Part shown: piece after piece, positions 26,810-35,747 of the stretch | Layout: every line of letters begins with the position of its first letter | Position numbering within the stretch: the first letter of the stretch is position 1 | Origin: Bacteroidota bacterium | GTDB lineage: Bacteria > Bacteroidota > Bacteroidia > Palsa-948 | NCBI GenBank assembly: GCA_023251675.1 | Contig: JAHEYJ010000003.1 | Location: 1-55,456 of the forward strand | Direction: 5' to 3' | Length of the DNA stretch: 55,456 bases | The notes under the pieces: generated by a model | The model's input: only the letters and a program-made list of their open reading frames with translations | Told to the model about the DNA's origin: nothing | Database searches by the model: none | Made by a program: the position numbers and the translations under genes

Positions 26810-27229
26810 ATGAAAAATTGGGCTGTATCAATAATTACGGTTTGCTGCTTGATCACTTCTGCGTTTTCTCAAATGAAGGTGGCGCTTGCCACCCGGCAAA
26901 AAACATTTGGAGGAGTTGGGGGGATCTTTATGAACTATACGGTAGGAATAAAGAGCAAATGGAATGATAGTATTGTCATTGACTCCGTAAAAACAATTGC
27001 TGATACCGCTTCAATCCAGGTTTACTACAATAAAACAGAAAAAAAATATTGTGAATTCGCTTTCAGTCAAGCGATGGCGGCTCCTGTAAAATGCGGAACA
27101 TGCCCGCATCCTATTCCGGTTTATTTCAATTGCTCCAAAGGAATTACGGTTTATGTAAGCCAGGGAAAGAAAAGAACTTCTTTCAAGGTGAAAAAATTCA
27201 AACAGTTACAGGACCTCCAACTCCCTTAG
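26810..27229 (+). CDS. Hypothetical secreted protein
   Basis: Signal peptide from MKNWAVSII. Stop overlaps the convergent ACAD end. Confidence 0.55.
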   Translation: MKNWAVSIITVCCLITSAFSQMKVALATRQKTFGGVGGIFMNYTVGIKSKWNDSIVIDSVKTIADTASIQVYYNKTEKKYCEFAFSQAMAAPVKCGTCPHPIPVYFNCSKGITVYVSQGKKRTSFKVKKFKQLQDLQLP

Positions 27230-29022
27230 TAACAATATTTATTCTCGCTGATCAGCTTTGCCGCTACCGTTCTTCTCGCTTCCTTGACGTTAAAAGGTTC
27301 TGTTTTAGTGAACCGTTTCAATCCCATCAGCATCATACGAAGTTCATCTCCTGAAGCAAAAGAACAAATGGCATCTTTCCCGTTCTTATTGATCCGGTCA
27401 GCGGCATCATTGATACACACCCGCATCATGGCGATCTGTTCTTTGCAGGCTTCTTCGCCTTTCATCGAAACCAGCTTCTCCACCCTCAGCTGAACGGATT
27501 CCGATACGTACAGATCGATCAGCATGTCGGCAATGTTCATCAGGACTTCCTGTTCCTTTGCCAGTTCCATCATCAGTTTTTGCGCTGCCCCTCCTGCTAC
27601 CATCAATACTGCTTTCTTGAAATTCTTCAGGTATTTTTTCTCTGGGGCGAACAACGCCGTGTCTTCGCCTCCAAAATCAGGAATGCTCATCAGTTCACCG
27701 GCAATTTTTGTTGCCGGGCCCATAAGATCCAATTCTCCTTTCATGGCGCGTTTCAGCATCATATCCACGATCAGCATGCGGTTGATCTCATTGGTCCCTT
27801 CAAAGATCCTGTTGATGCGTGAATCGCGGTAAGCGCGGTCCATAGGTGCATCAGCAGAATAACCCATTCCTCCGTAGATCTGAACGCCTTCATCCACCAC
27901 GTAATCCAATGCTTCACTTCCGGCAACTTTAAGGATCGCTGCTTCCGGCGCAAACTGTTCTACACCTTTCAGGATCGCTTTTCCGTATTCCATTCCGCCT
28001 TCAGCCAGCGCATGAATAGAATCTTCAATATTCTGAGAAGCACGATACACTGCCGCTTCGGCTGCATAAATTCGTATTGCCTGCTCCGCAATTTTATAAC
28101 GGATGGCTCCGTATTTCGAAATGGGCCGTCCGAACTGATTTCTCTCGTTGGCATATTGGATCGCTTTTGAAGAAACTTGTTTTGAGGCGCCGACAGCCGC
28201 TGCTCCGAGTTTCACCCTACCTATATTCAAAATATTCACAGCGATCTTAAACCCGTTTTGCCTGTCGCTCAACAGGTTTTCAACCGGAACTTTACAATCG
28301 TTAAAGAAAACCTGCCGCGTTGAACTTCCTTTGATCCCCATTTTATGCTCTTCAGGGTTCAAAGTGATCCCGCCAAAACTTTTTTCTACGATGAAGGCAG
28401 AAAGATTTTCGTCATTATCAATTTTTGCGAACACGGTGAACACATCGGCAAACCCCCCGTTGGTGATCCACATTTTCTGCCCGTTCAATATGTAATGTTT
28501 TCCATCGGCAGAAAGAACTGCTTTTGTTTTTCCCGAGTTCGCGTCAGAACCGGCACTCGGTTCGGTCAGGCAGTAGCAGGCTTTCCATTCGCCGCTGGCG
28601 AGTTTGGGCATGTATTTTTTTTTCTGTGCTTCAGTGCCGTAATATAAGATCGGAAGTGTTCCAATGCCGGTATGTGCAGAGATAGCAACTGCAAATGAAT
28701 AGCCTGCACCAAGAACTTCCGTGGCCAGCATTCCGGTGACAAAATCCTTTTCAAATCCGCCGTACTGCTCAGGCACATTCAACCCGAGCAAACCAAGGTC
28801 AGCGGCTTTGTTCAGAAGCTTTACGATGAGCCCTTCTTCCTGCGCGTCAATCTTGTCGAGGTTAGGCCATACTTCCTGCGCGAGGAAGTCGGTGCATGAT
28901 TGCGCGATCATCTTTTGCTCTTCATTCCACTGCTCAGGGATGAAAATAGATTGTGCTTCGGTTTCTTTGATAAGGAATTCTCCGCCTTTTAAAGCAGCGG
29001 TTAGATTTTGGATGTTAGACAT
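27226..29022 (-). CDS. Acyl-CoA dehydrogenase
   Basis: YCLTEPSAGSDA, GQKMWITNG, KMGIKGSST, QIYGGMGY, RIFEGTNEI. Confidence 0.95.
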   Translation of the reverse strand: MSNIQNLTAALKGGEFLIKETEAQSIFIPEQWNEEQKMIAQSCTDFLAQEVWPNLDKIDAQEEGLIVKLLNKAADLGLLGLNVPEQYGGFEKDFVTGMLATEVLGAGYSFAVAISAHTGIGTLPILYYGTEAQKKKYMPKLASGEWKACYCLTEPSAGSDANSGKTKAVLSADGKHYILNGQKMWITNGGFADVFTVFAKIDNDENLSAFIVEKSFGGITLNPEEHKMGIKGSSTRQVFFNDCKVPVENLLSDRQNGFKIAVNILNIGRVKLGAAAVGASKQVSSKAIQYANERNQFGRPISKYGAIRYKIAEQAIRIYAAEAAVYRASQNIEDSIHALAEGGMEYGKAILKGVEQFAPEAAILKVAGSEALDYVVDEGVQIYGGMGYSADAPMDRAYRDSRINRIFEGTNEINRMLIVDMMLKRAMKGELDLMGPATKIAGELMSIPDFGGEDTALFAPEKKYLKNFKKAVLMVAGGAAQKLMMELAKEQEVLMNIADMLIDLYVSESVQLRVEKLVSMKGEEACKEQIAMMRVCINDAADRINKNGKDAICSFASGDELRMMLMGLKRFTKTEPFNVKEARRTVAAKLISENKYCY

Positions 29023-29049
29023 TGGATAGTAGAAATTGTATTGTGAGTA

Positions 29050-29406
29050 TTATTTTTTAAGAGTGGTTATTAGTGAGTTAATCATTTTCTCAAGCTTTGT
29101 TAAGTTGTTTTGAATTGTTTCAAGTTCTTCCTTTTTCAAATATCCGAATTCATTTGCTAACAGAAGTTGTGTTTCGAGTTCAAAGGAAGAACCGAGCGAA
29201 ACAAACAAGAACTGGATAAATTCTTTATTTCCTCCTCTTCCCGCACCTTCCGCAATATTCGAAGGAATTGAAACCGCCGCTCTGTTTATCTGCGATGTTA
29301 ATCCGTATTGTTCAGAAGAAGGAAAGGTTTTCGTCAATTTGTAAACCGATTTTGTAATTCCCATCGCGTCCTTCCAAATATTTAACTCTCTGAAGTTATG
29401 CATCAC
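29050..29406 (-). CDS. Four-helix bundle protein (23S rRNA intervening-sequence protein family)
   Basis: FRELNIWK, FPSSEQYGLTSQINRAAVSIPSNIAEG, GSSFELETQL. Heptamer repeats flank both sides. Confidence 0.92.
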   Translation of the reverse strand: MMHNFRELNIWKDAMGITKSVYKLTKTFPSSEQYGLTSQINRAAVSIPSNIAEGAGRGGNKEFIQFLFVSLGSSFELETQLLLANEFGYLKKEELETIQNNLTKLEKMINSLITTLKK

Positions 29407-29442
29407 TTTTATCTATACTCCATATTCCAATATCCAACATCT

Positions 29443-30621
29443 TTATTCCAACATCTCGAAGATCCCGGCCGCCCCTTGTCCCGTTCCCACACACATGGAA
29501 ACAATTCCGTATTTCTTTTTGCGGCGGCGGAGTTCGTTAAACAACTGGACCGAAAGTTTTGCCCCGGTACATCCGAGCGGATGGCCGAGTGCTATTGCAC
29601 CGCCGTTCACATTCACGATCTCGGGATTTAATTTCAGTTCACCGACCACGGCGAGTGACTGCGATGCAAAGGCTTCGTTCAATTCCACTAAATCGATTTG
29701 ATCTTGTTTTAAACCGGCCAGCTTCAACGCTTTTGGAATGGCAGCCACCGGGCCGATTCCCATCACACGCGGAGGAACGCCCGCTGCAGCATAACTCACC
29801 AGGCGGCCGATCGGTTTGAGATTATTTGCTTTCATGAATTTCTCGCTCACCACCATTACAAACGCAGCCCCATCGGAGGTCTGGGAAGAATTTCCGGCTG
29901 TCACCACTCCGTTAGCAGCGAAAACCGGTTTCAATTTTGCAAGTGATTCCAGATTTGTATCAGCGCGCGGCCCTTCATCGGTGGTTACCACCAGCTCGCG
30001 GGTTTTCTTTTTTTCGTTTTCATCCAGATAGGTTTCAGAAATTTTTATCGGAACAATTTCGTCTTTAAACTTATCCGCTTTGATTGCCGCTACGGCTTTC
30101 AGGTGTGAGTTCAGTGAAAATTTATCCTGGTCTTCGCGTGATACTTTATATTCTTTGGCAACTGCTTCAGCCGTCAGTCCCATTCCCCAGTAATAATCAG
30201 GATGAACTTTTGCAACTTCAAAATTCGGAACGATGCGCCAGCCGCCCATCGGGATCAGGCTCATGCTTTCGGCGCCGCCGGCAATGATACATTCTGCCAG
30301 TCCGGCATTTATTTTCGCGCTTGCAATCGCTATGGATTCCAATCCGGATGCACAATAACGATTCACCGTCATTCCCGGAACTTTGTCTGAATCAAATGCC
30401 AGAAGAGAAATGAATCTCGACATATTCAATCCTTGTTCGGCTTCCGGCATTGCATTCCCGACGATCAGGTCATCCACCTGGTCCTTGTTCACGTTCGGAA
30501 CTGATTTCATTAGGTGACGAATAACTTCTGCTGCCAGGTCATCGGTCCGTTTAAAACGGAAACCGCCCTTGTTGGCTTTCCCAACTGCACTTCTGAATCC
30601 CGCGACTATGTATGTGTTCAT
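29443..30621 (-). CDS. fadA: Acetyl-CoA C-acyltransferase (thiolase)
   Basis: NRYCASG, NEAFA, GGAIALGHPLG, MCVGTGQG. Confidence 0.95.
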   Translation of the reverse strand: MNTYIVAGFRSAVGKANKGGFRFKRTDDLAAEVIRHLMKSVPNVNKDQVDDLIVGNAMPEAEQGLNMSRFISLLAFDSDKVPGMTVNRYCASGLESIAIASAKINAGLAECIIAGGAESMSLIPMGGWRIVPNFEVAKVHPDYYWGMGLTAEAVAKEYKVSREDQDKFSLNSHLKAVAAIKADKFKDEIVPIKISETYLDENEKKKTRELVVTTDEGPRADTNLESLAKLKPVFAANGVVTAGNSSQTSDGAAFVMVVSEKFMKANNLKPIGRLVSYAAAGVPPRVMGIGPVAAIPKALKLAGLKQDQIDLVELNEAFASQSLAVVGELKLNPEIVNVNGGAIALGHPLGCTGAKLSVQLFNELRRRKKKYGIVSMCVGTGQGAAGIFEMLE

Positions 30622-30766
30622 ATTTTAAATTGTGAAGTATGAAACTTTCTTTTTAAGTATTAAAAATGTTTTCAAAGTTAAACAAATTCTATCCTTAGAA
30701 GAGATGTTTTTTGCAAGAAGTTTAAGGTAATTTCTGTAGTGAAAATACGCGGATTCAACCAGTAAA

Positions 30767-31114
30767 TCATTTTCTGTTTTTCTTCTTTTTACTGTTCTTC
30801 TCTTTTACCAGGTCATAAGAATGATCGATCCAGCCACGAATTAATTTAATATCCACGGTGCCATCTACAATTACTGTGTTCCAATGTTTTTTGTTCATAT
30901 GGTACCCCGGAATAACGCAGCTGTACTGTTCCCTGAGTTCAAGCGCCAGCGCCGGATCGCATTTTACATTGAACTGCAGCGGCACCTCTTCGATTCCGCA
31001 GATGAGAAATACTCTTCCGGCCGTTTTAAATAAAAGGATGTCTGCTCCGAAGGAAGAACTTTCTTCCACATCGGGTTTTGAAATACAATACTCCCGCAAC
31101 TCGTCGATCCGCAT
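30767..31114 (-). CDS. MmcQ/YjbR family protein
   Basis: VKCDP...PGYHMNKKHWNTV...IDHSYDLV. Confidence 0.9.
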   Translation of the reverse strand: MRIDELREYCISKPDVEESSSFGADILLFKTAGRVFLICGIEEVPLQFNVKCDPALALELREQYSCVIPGYHMNKKHWNTVIVDGTVDIKLIRGWIDHSYDLVKEKNSKKKKNRK

Positions 31115-31138
31115 GAATGCTTGGGTATTTTGAAATGA

Positions 31139-31873
31139 TCAGCTTCCGGAATTCATCCGCACAAAAACTTTTTGCAGGTCATCGGGACCGGCCTTTGCCA
31201 TTCCGTCGCTCATTCCGAATGTAATCGTTGTCTTTCCTTCTTTCAATTGTTCAAAGACTGATGCAACAAATTCACTTACCGGGGGAGCGTGATCGTGCAG
31301 GCCTTTTCCGCCGAGATCGGTGTTCAGCGCCGGCGGGATCAGTTCAATGACCTCAATATTTTTTTGTTTGAGCGACTGACGCAGCGAAAGCGTGAAGGAA
31401 TGAAAAAAAGCTTTTGTCGCACAATACACCGGAACTTTCACCAGCGGAACAAAAGCAAGTCCTGACGTTACATTTATAATGGTATCCAGTGATTTCAGGT
31501 TTATAAATAAGGAAGTAAGATGAAGCGGCGCTTCTATATTAATAGCGATCTCATCTTTCGCGCGCAAATAAAAATTCCGTTCGCTGACCGACATCCACTG
31601 CTGAATGCCTGCATTGTTGATCAGCACGTTCAGATCGCTGTGCTTGTCAGATATCCAGTTGTAAAGTTCTTCCCTTCCCTCAGGATTTGAAAGATCACAT
31701 GCTTTTGTAATGATCGATGAATGTTTCGCTGAAATTTCTCTTAGAAGAGATTCCCTTCTTCCGCAAACGATAACAGTGTTGTTCTCTTTGAGAAACTGTT
31801 CAGCAAGTCCATAGCCGATACCGGAAGCACCGCCGGTGATCAATATTTTATTATTTGAAATTTTCATGTGCAA
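31139..31873 (-). CDS. Short-chain dehydrogenase (DltE-like)
   Basis: ITGGASGIG, NNAG, YCATK. Confidence 0.9.
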   Translation of the reverse strand: MHMKISNNKILITGGASGIGYGLAEQFLKENNTVIVCGRRESLLREISAKHSSIITKACDLSNPEGREELYNWISDKHSDLNVLINNAGIQQWMSVSERNFYLRAKDEIAINIEAPLHLTSLFINLKSLDTIINVTSGLAFVPLVKVPVYCATKAFFHSFTLSLRQSLKQKNIEVIELIPPALNTDLGGKGLHDHAPPVSEFVASVFEQLKEGKTTITFGMSDGMAKAGPDDLQKVFVRMNSGS

Positions 31874-31996
31874 GGTTAATTAAAAATCAATGGCCGAAGA
31901 AATGGTTCCCATTAAAACTTTGCAGGAACTGATAATTATTTTGGAAATCCTACAATATTGTGCAGGTTATTCCGACTATATTAGCATACGATCCTT

Positions 31997-33253
31997 ATGA
32001 CGCCGCATTCCCTTATCCCGCGCCTGTTGCTTATTTTAGGTGTTATCTTTCTCCTCGATCTTTATATTTTTTCGGGAATTAGGGATGCATTTTCATCCGC
32101 CCGTTCCCGCTTTTTTGTTTCACTCGGATACTGGGGGCTGACGATCGCTTTTTATTTGCTTGCGATCTATATGTTTCTTTCTTTCTCACGGGATGAAGGC
32201 CCGGCTGCTCCTCCGGTAAAATGGACCATGGGCATGCTGATGTTCCTGTATATTCCGAAGATCGTGATGCTTTTCTTTTTCGGTGTGGAAGATATCTATC
32301 GTTTATTTCGTGCGGGAGGTGTCGGCATTTACAAGCTGACCGGATTCACAACCGATGTCCCGTACTTTGAATCAAGGCGGCAATTCATCGGCTGGATGGC
32401 CGGGTTTGTGGCAGCCATTCCTGCGCTTGGAATTCTGCACGGGATCGTAAAAGGAAAATATAATTTCAAAGTACACCGTTCGGAACTTTCATTCAAAGAC
32501 CTGCCGGATGCTTTTCACGGAATGACGATCACGCAGATCTCCGACCTGCACATAGGAAGTTTTGACGATGCAGAAGCGGTGAACCATGCCGTTAATCTTA
32601 TCAATGAACAGAAGTCTGATATTATTTTTTTCACCGGCGACCTGGTGAACGACAAAGCAACGGAAATGGAACCGTGGGCGGATGTGTTCAGCAAACTGAA
32701 AGCGCCGATGGGAAAATATTCCATTCTCGGCAATCACGATTACGGCGATTATTTGCAATGGCCTTCGGCACAAGCCAAACAGGAAAATATGCAGCGTCTT
32801 TTCAAAACACATGAGCAGCTTGGATTCAAACTGCTGCGGAACGAGAACACCCGAATAGAAAAAGACGGAGAGCATCTTGAACTTCTCGGAATGGAAAACT
32901 GGGGAAAAGGTTTTGCGCAGTACGGCGATTTTAATAAAACATTGAAAGGAACTAAAGACGGTGCGTTCAAGATCCTGCTCTCGCACGATCCCTCGCACTG
33001 GGAAGAACAGGTGATGAACCATAAAACGCATATACACCTTACACTCGCCGGACACACACACGGGGCACAGTTTGGTTTGGAGATTCCGGGCTTACGGTTT
33101 TCTCCTGCGCAGTTAAAATACAAACGCTGGGCAGGTTTGTACGAAGAAAATAATCGGTACCTCTACGTGAACCGCGGGCTTGGCTTCATTGGTTTCCCCG
33201 GCAGGGTTGGAATCTGGCCGGAAGTAACAGTAATTACACTGAAGAAGGCGTAA
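31997..33253 (+). CDS. Membrane-bound metallophosphoesterase (YkuE-like)
   Basis: SDLH, TGDLVN, LGNHDY, LSHDP, AGHTHG, with N-terminal TMs. Confidence 0.9.
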   Translation: MTPHSLIPRLLLILGVIFLLDLYIFSGIRDAFSSARSRFFVSLGYWGLTIAFYLLAIYMFLSFSRDEGPAAPPVKWTMGMLMFLYIPKIVMLFFFGVEDIYRLFRAGGVGIYKLTGFTTDVPYFESRRQFIGWMAGFVAAIPALGILHGIVKGKYNFKVHRSELSFKDLPDAFHGMTITQISDLHIGSFDDAEAVNHAVNLINEQKSDIIFFTGDLVNDKATEMEPWADVFSKLKAPMGKYSILGNHDYGDYLQWPSAQAKQENMQRLFKTHEQLGFKLLRNENTRIEKDGEHLELLGMENWGKGFAQYGDFNKTLKGTKDGAFKILLSHDPSHWEEQVMNHKTHIHLTLAGHTHGAQFGLEIPGLRFSPAQLKYKRWAGLYEENNRYLYVNRGLGFIGFPGRVGIWPEVTVITLKKA

Positions 33254-33375
33254 GCTGATTTCATTTCCTCTTCCCTCCTTTTCCTGCTGATCCAACTCGC
33301 ATGAATGAGCGACCCGGCTTTGAATGAGTTGTATGTTTCAAAGGAATCTTCAAAAAAACAATGTAAATTTGTTAG

Positions 33376-34377
33376 ATGAAAAATTACCTCCCAATGCAAT
33401 TGGTTGTTTCATTGGTTTTTATTTTTCCTATTATTTCTTACGCACAGAAAACAGATAGTGTAGCAACCAATACTTCTATACCAAAATTTGCTACGCTCTA
33501 TATTTATCACCCTAAAGGCGATTTTGTTGGTGATTTTAAAATTCACCTTGGCGATTCAGTAATTTGCAAATCAAAATACAACTCAAAACATGAAATAAAA
33601 CTTTATAAAGAGGGTAAAACCGAATTGCGGGTCAACTCTAGACAAGAAAACACTGTAACGATTGATGTAAAATTTGGTGAAAAATATTTTTTAAAATGCA
33701 GGCTTCTTTCGTCGGACAACTCATTAATACCGACAATCAAATTAACGGATACTCTCAGAGGAAGAATAGAATATCAAGAAATCAGAAAGGTGCGGGATTC
33801 CCTAAAAACTATAAAAGCTCTTGACACTGTTCCGCAAAGAAATACCATTTACATGGAGCTATGCGGACAAGCAGGTATTTACTCGTTTTCTTACGACTGG
33901 CTTTTTCGGATAAACAAAAAAGTAAAAAATTCTGTTTCTTTTGGCTTGGCAATTATTCCAGCACACTGGGATCTTTTTGTTATTGCACCCGTTTCCTACA
34001 ACTTTTTATTCGGAAAGAAAAACAATCATTTAGAATTAGGGATTGGGCCAACATTTTTTTTTCAAAAATTTACTAATTGGGAGTACACAAATTCTTCCGT
34101 TGGATATTTAACCGTTAGAAAAGATTATTTTTTATTCGCCTCACCAAAGGTGGGTTATCGCTATCAAAAACTTCACGGAGGTCTCTTTTTCAAAGCCACT
34201 CTTTCCCCAATAATCAATATTGTTCAGTACTTTGGAGTTGTTAAGTTTAAAAATGCAAGCCGGTTCAATTTACCTGGTTCAATTCGATTTTTTGAACCTT
34301 GGGGTGAATTGGGCCCTGTGTTGCCATGGACAGGCGTAAGTATTGGGTACTCATTTGATTTTAAGAAAAAAAAATAA
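33376..34377 (+). CDS. Hypothetical secreted/outer-membrane protein
   Basis: Signal peptide, and a beta-strand-rich C-terminus ending GVSIGYSF. Confidence 0.6.
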   Translation: MKNYLPMQLVVSLVFIFPIISYAQKTDSVATNTSIPKFATLYIYHPKGDFVGDFKIHLGDSVICKSKYNSKHEIKLYKEGKTELRVNSRQENTVTIDVKFGEKYFLKCRLLSSDNSLIPTIKLTDTLRGRIEYQEIRKVRDSLKTIKALDTVPQRNTIYMELCGQAGIYSFSYDWLFRINKKVKNSVSFGLAIIPAHWDLFVIAPVSYNFLFGKKNNHLELGIGPTFFFQKFTNWEYTNSSVGYLTVRKDYFLFASPKVGYRYQKLHGGLFFKATLSPIINIVQYFGVVKFKNASRFNLPGSIRFFEPWGELGPVLPWTGVSIGYSFDFKKKK

Positions 34378-34385
34378 TGATGCCA

Positions 34386-34439
34386 TCAATTCCTCAAAAC
34401 TTTCCCGCCAACAAGAGTAGATAGATACGCTCCAGTGTT
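34386..34439 (-). repeat. Degenerate duplicate of the 3' end of the fadN-like gene
   Basis: AATTCCTCAAAACTTTCCCGCCAACAAGA is identical at 34388-34416 and 35750-35778, with further imperfect similarity. Confidence 0.9.
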
Positions 34440-34452
34440 GTTTATAAAAAAA

Positions 34453-35634
34453 TCAAAACAACTTACCCGGGTCCATTTTCAGAAACTCCTGCCACTTTAT
34501 TCCAGAGTCGCCTACCAAAAGGATTTTATCGGGTTTATAAAAATTTTGAAAAGCGACTGCACCCTGCATACTTGCTGAAGCATTTGTTTTTACTTCAAGT
34601 GCAATAAGCTTCTTGTTCTTACGTAAAACAAAATCCATTTCATCGTTGCGATGGCGCCAGTAATATACCGTATACCCTCCTGCGTCGGAACAATTCACTA
34701 AGTGGGCACCTATTGCCGACTCCACATGCCTTCCCCAAACTGCAGGTTGTTTGATGGCCTCGGCATAATTTATCCCGCTGAAAACAGAAAGTAAGGCCGT
34801 GTCTTTTGCTTGCAATTTCGGGCTTGATGAACGGGTTTGCACAGCACTTCCTGAATATTTTTCTATACCGCAAAGCAATCCTGCCGTATCGAGTAATTCC
34901 AGGTAATGAGCAAGGGTAGTTGTATTTCCCGCTTCCTGCAATTGCCCCAGCATTTTATTATACGAAAGTATTTGTCCGGAATACGTACAACCCAATTCAA
35001 AAAGATGGCGGAGCAAAGCCGGTTTATCTACTCTGTTTAACATTAAAATATCCTTGGAGATGGTTGTTTCGATTAATGAATGCAGAATGTAATCCTTCCA
35101 GCGATTGGCATCATCCATTAGTGAAGCAGCGCCGGGATAGCCGCCAAACCATACAAATTCCTCCGGAGTATAATCGAACGCGGACCTCATTTCAGAAAAA
35201 GACCAATGCGAAAGTTTTGTGATCTCAAACCTTCCGGCAAGTGATTCGGTAAGTCCTTTTTGGATCAGGAGTTGTGATGAGCCGAGCAAAACAACTTTCA
35301 CTTTTACTTTATTCCGGCTGTCGCTGTCCCAGTTTTTTTTAACTGTTTGACTCCAGTTATGAATTTTTTGAATTTCATCTATAACAAGCACTATTCCCTT
35401 TGTGTCCTTGATTTTCAACCGCGCAGCTTCCCATTGCTGATCGATCCACACTGAACGTAAATCGCCCGATTCGTCAGCTGAAACATAATGAGAGGAAATT
35501 TTTATCTTTTTGAGACACTGAAGAGTAAGGGTTGTTTTTCCCACCTGCCGCGGGCCGGCAATTACCTGTATAAACCTGCGCGGCTCTTCAAGGCGGGAGA
35601 CAATTCTTTTAAACTGTTCACGGGTAAACCTCAT
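34453..35634 (-). CDS. AAA+ ATPase (AAA_14 + DUF4143 type) with C-terminal nuclease-like motif
   Basis: GPRQVGKTT, IDEIQ, LGSS, ESLAGR, GGYP, EMDFV...ALEVK. Confidence 0.9.
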   Translation of the reverse strand: MRFTREQFKRIVSRLEEPRRFIQVIAGPRQVGKTTLTLQCLKKIKISSHYVSADESGDLRSVWIDQQWEAARLKIKDTKGIVLVIDEIQKIHNWSQTVKKNWDSDSRNKVKVKVVLLGSSQLLIQKGLTESLAGRFEITKLSHWSFSEMRSAFDYTPEEFVWFGGYPGAASLMDDANRWKDYILHSLIETTISKDILMLNRVDKPALLRHLFELGCTYSGQILSYNKMLGQLQEAGNTTTLAHYLELLDTAGLLCGIEKYSGSAVQTRSSSPKLQAKDTALLSVFSGINYAEAIKQPAVWGRHVESAIGAHLVNCSDAGGYTVYYWRHRNDEMDFVLRKNKKLIALEVKTNASASMQGAVAFQNFYKPDKILLVGDSGIKWQEFLKMDPGKLF

Positions 35635-35747
35635 TTTGTTATTTTGTTCGAATATACAAAATACTCAATATACTGAGTAAAAATACTCAATATATAATTC
35701 AAATTGTTTGAATTGGAGATCGCTTTGGGCAATAAAGCTTACTGACT

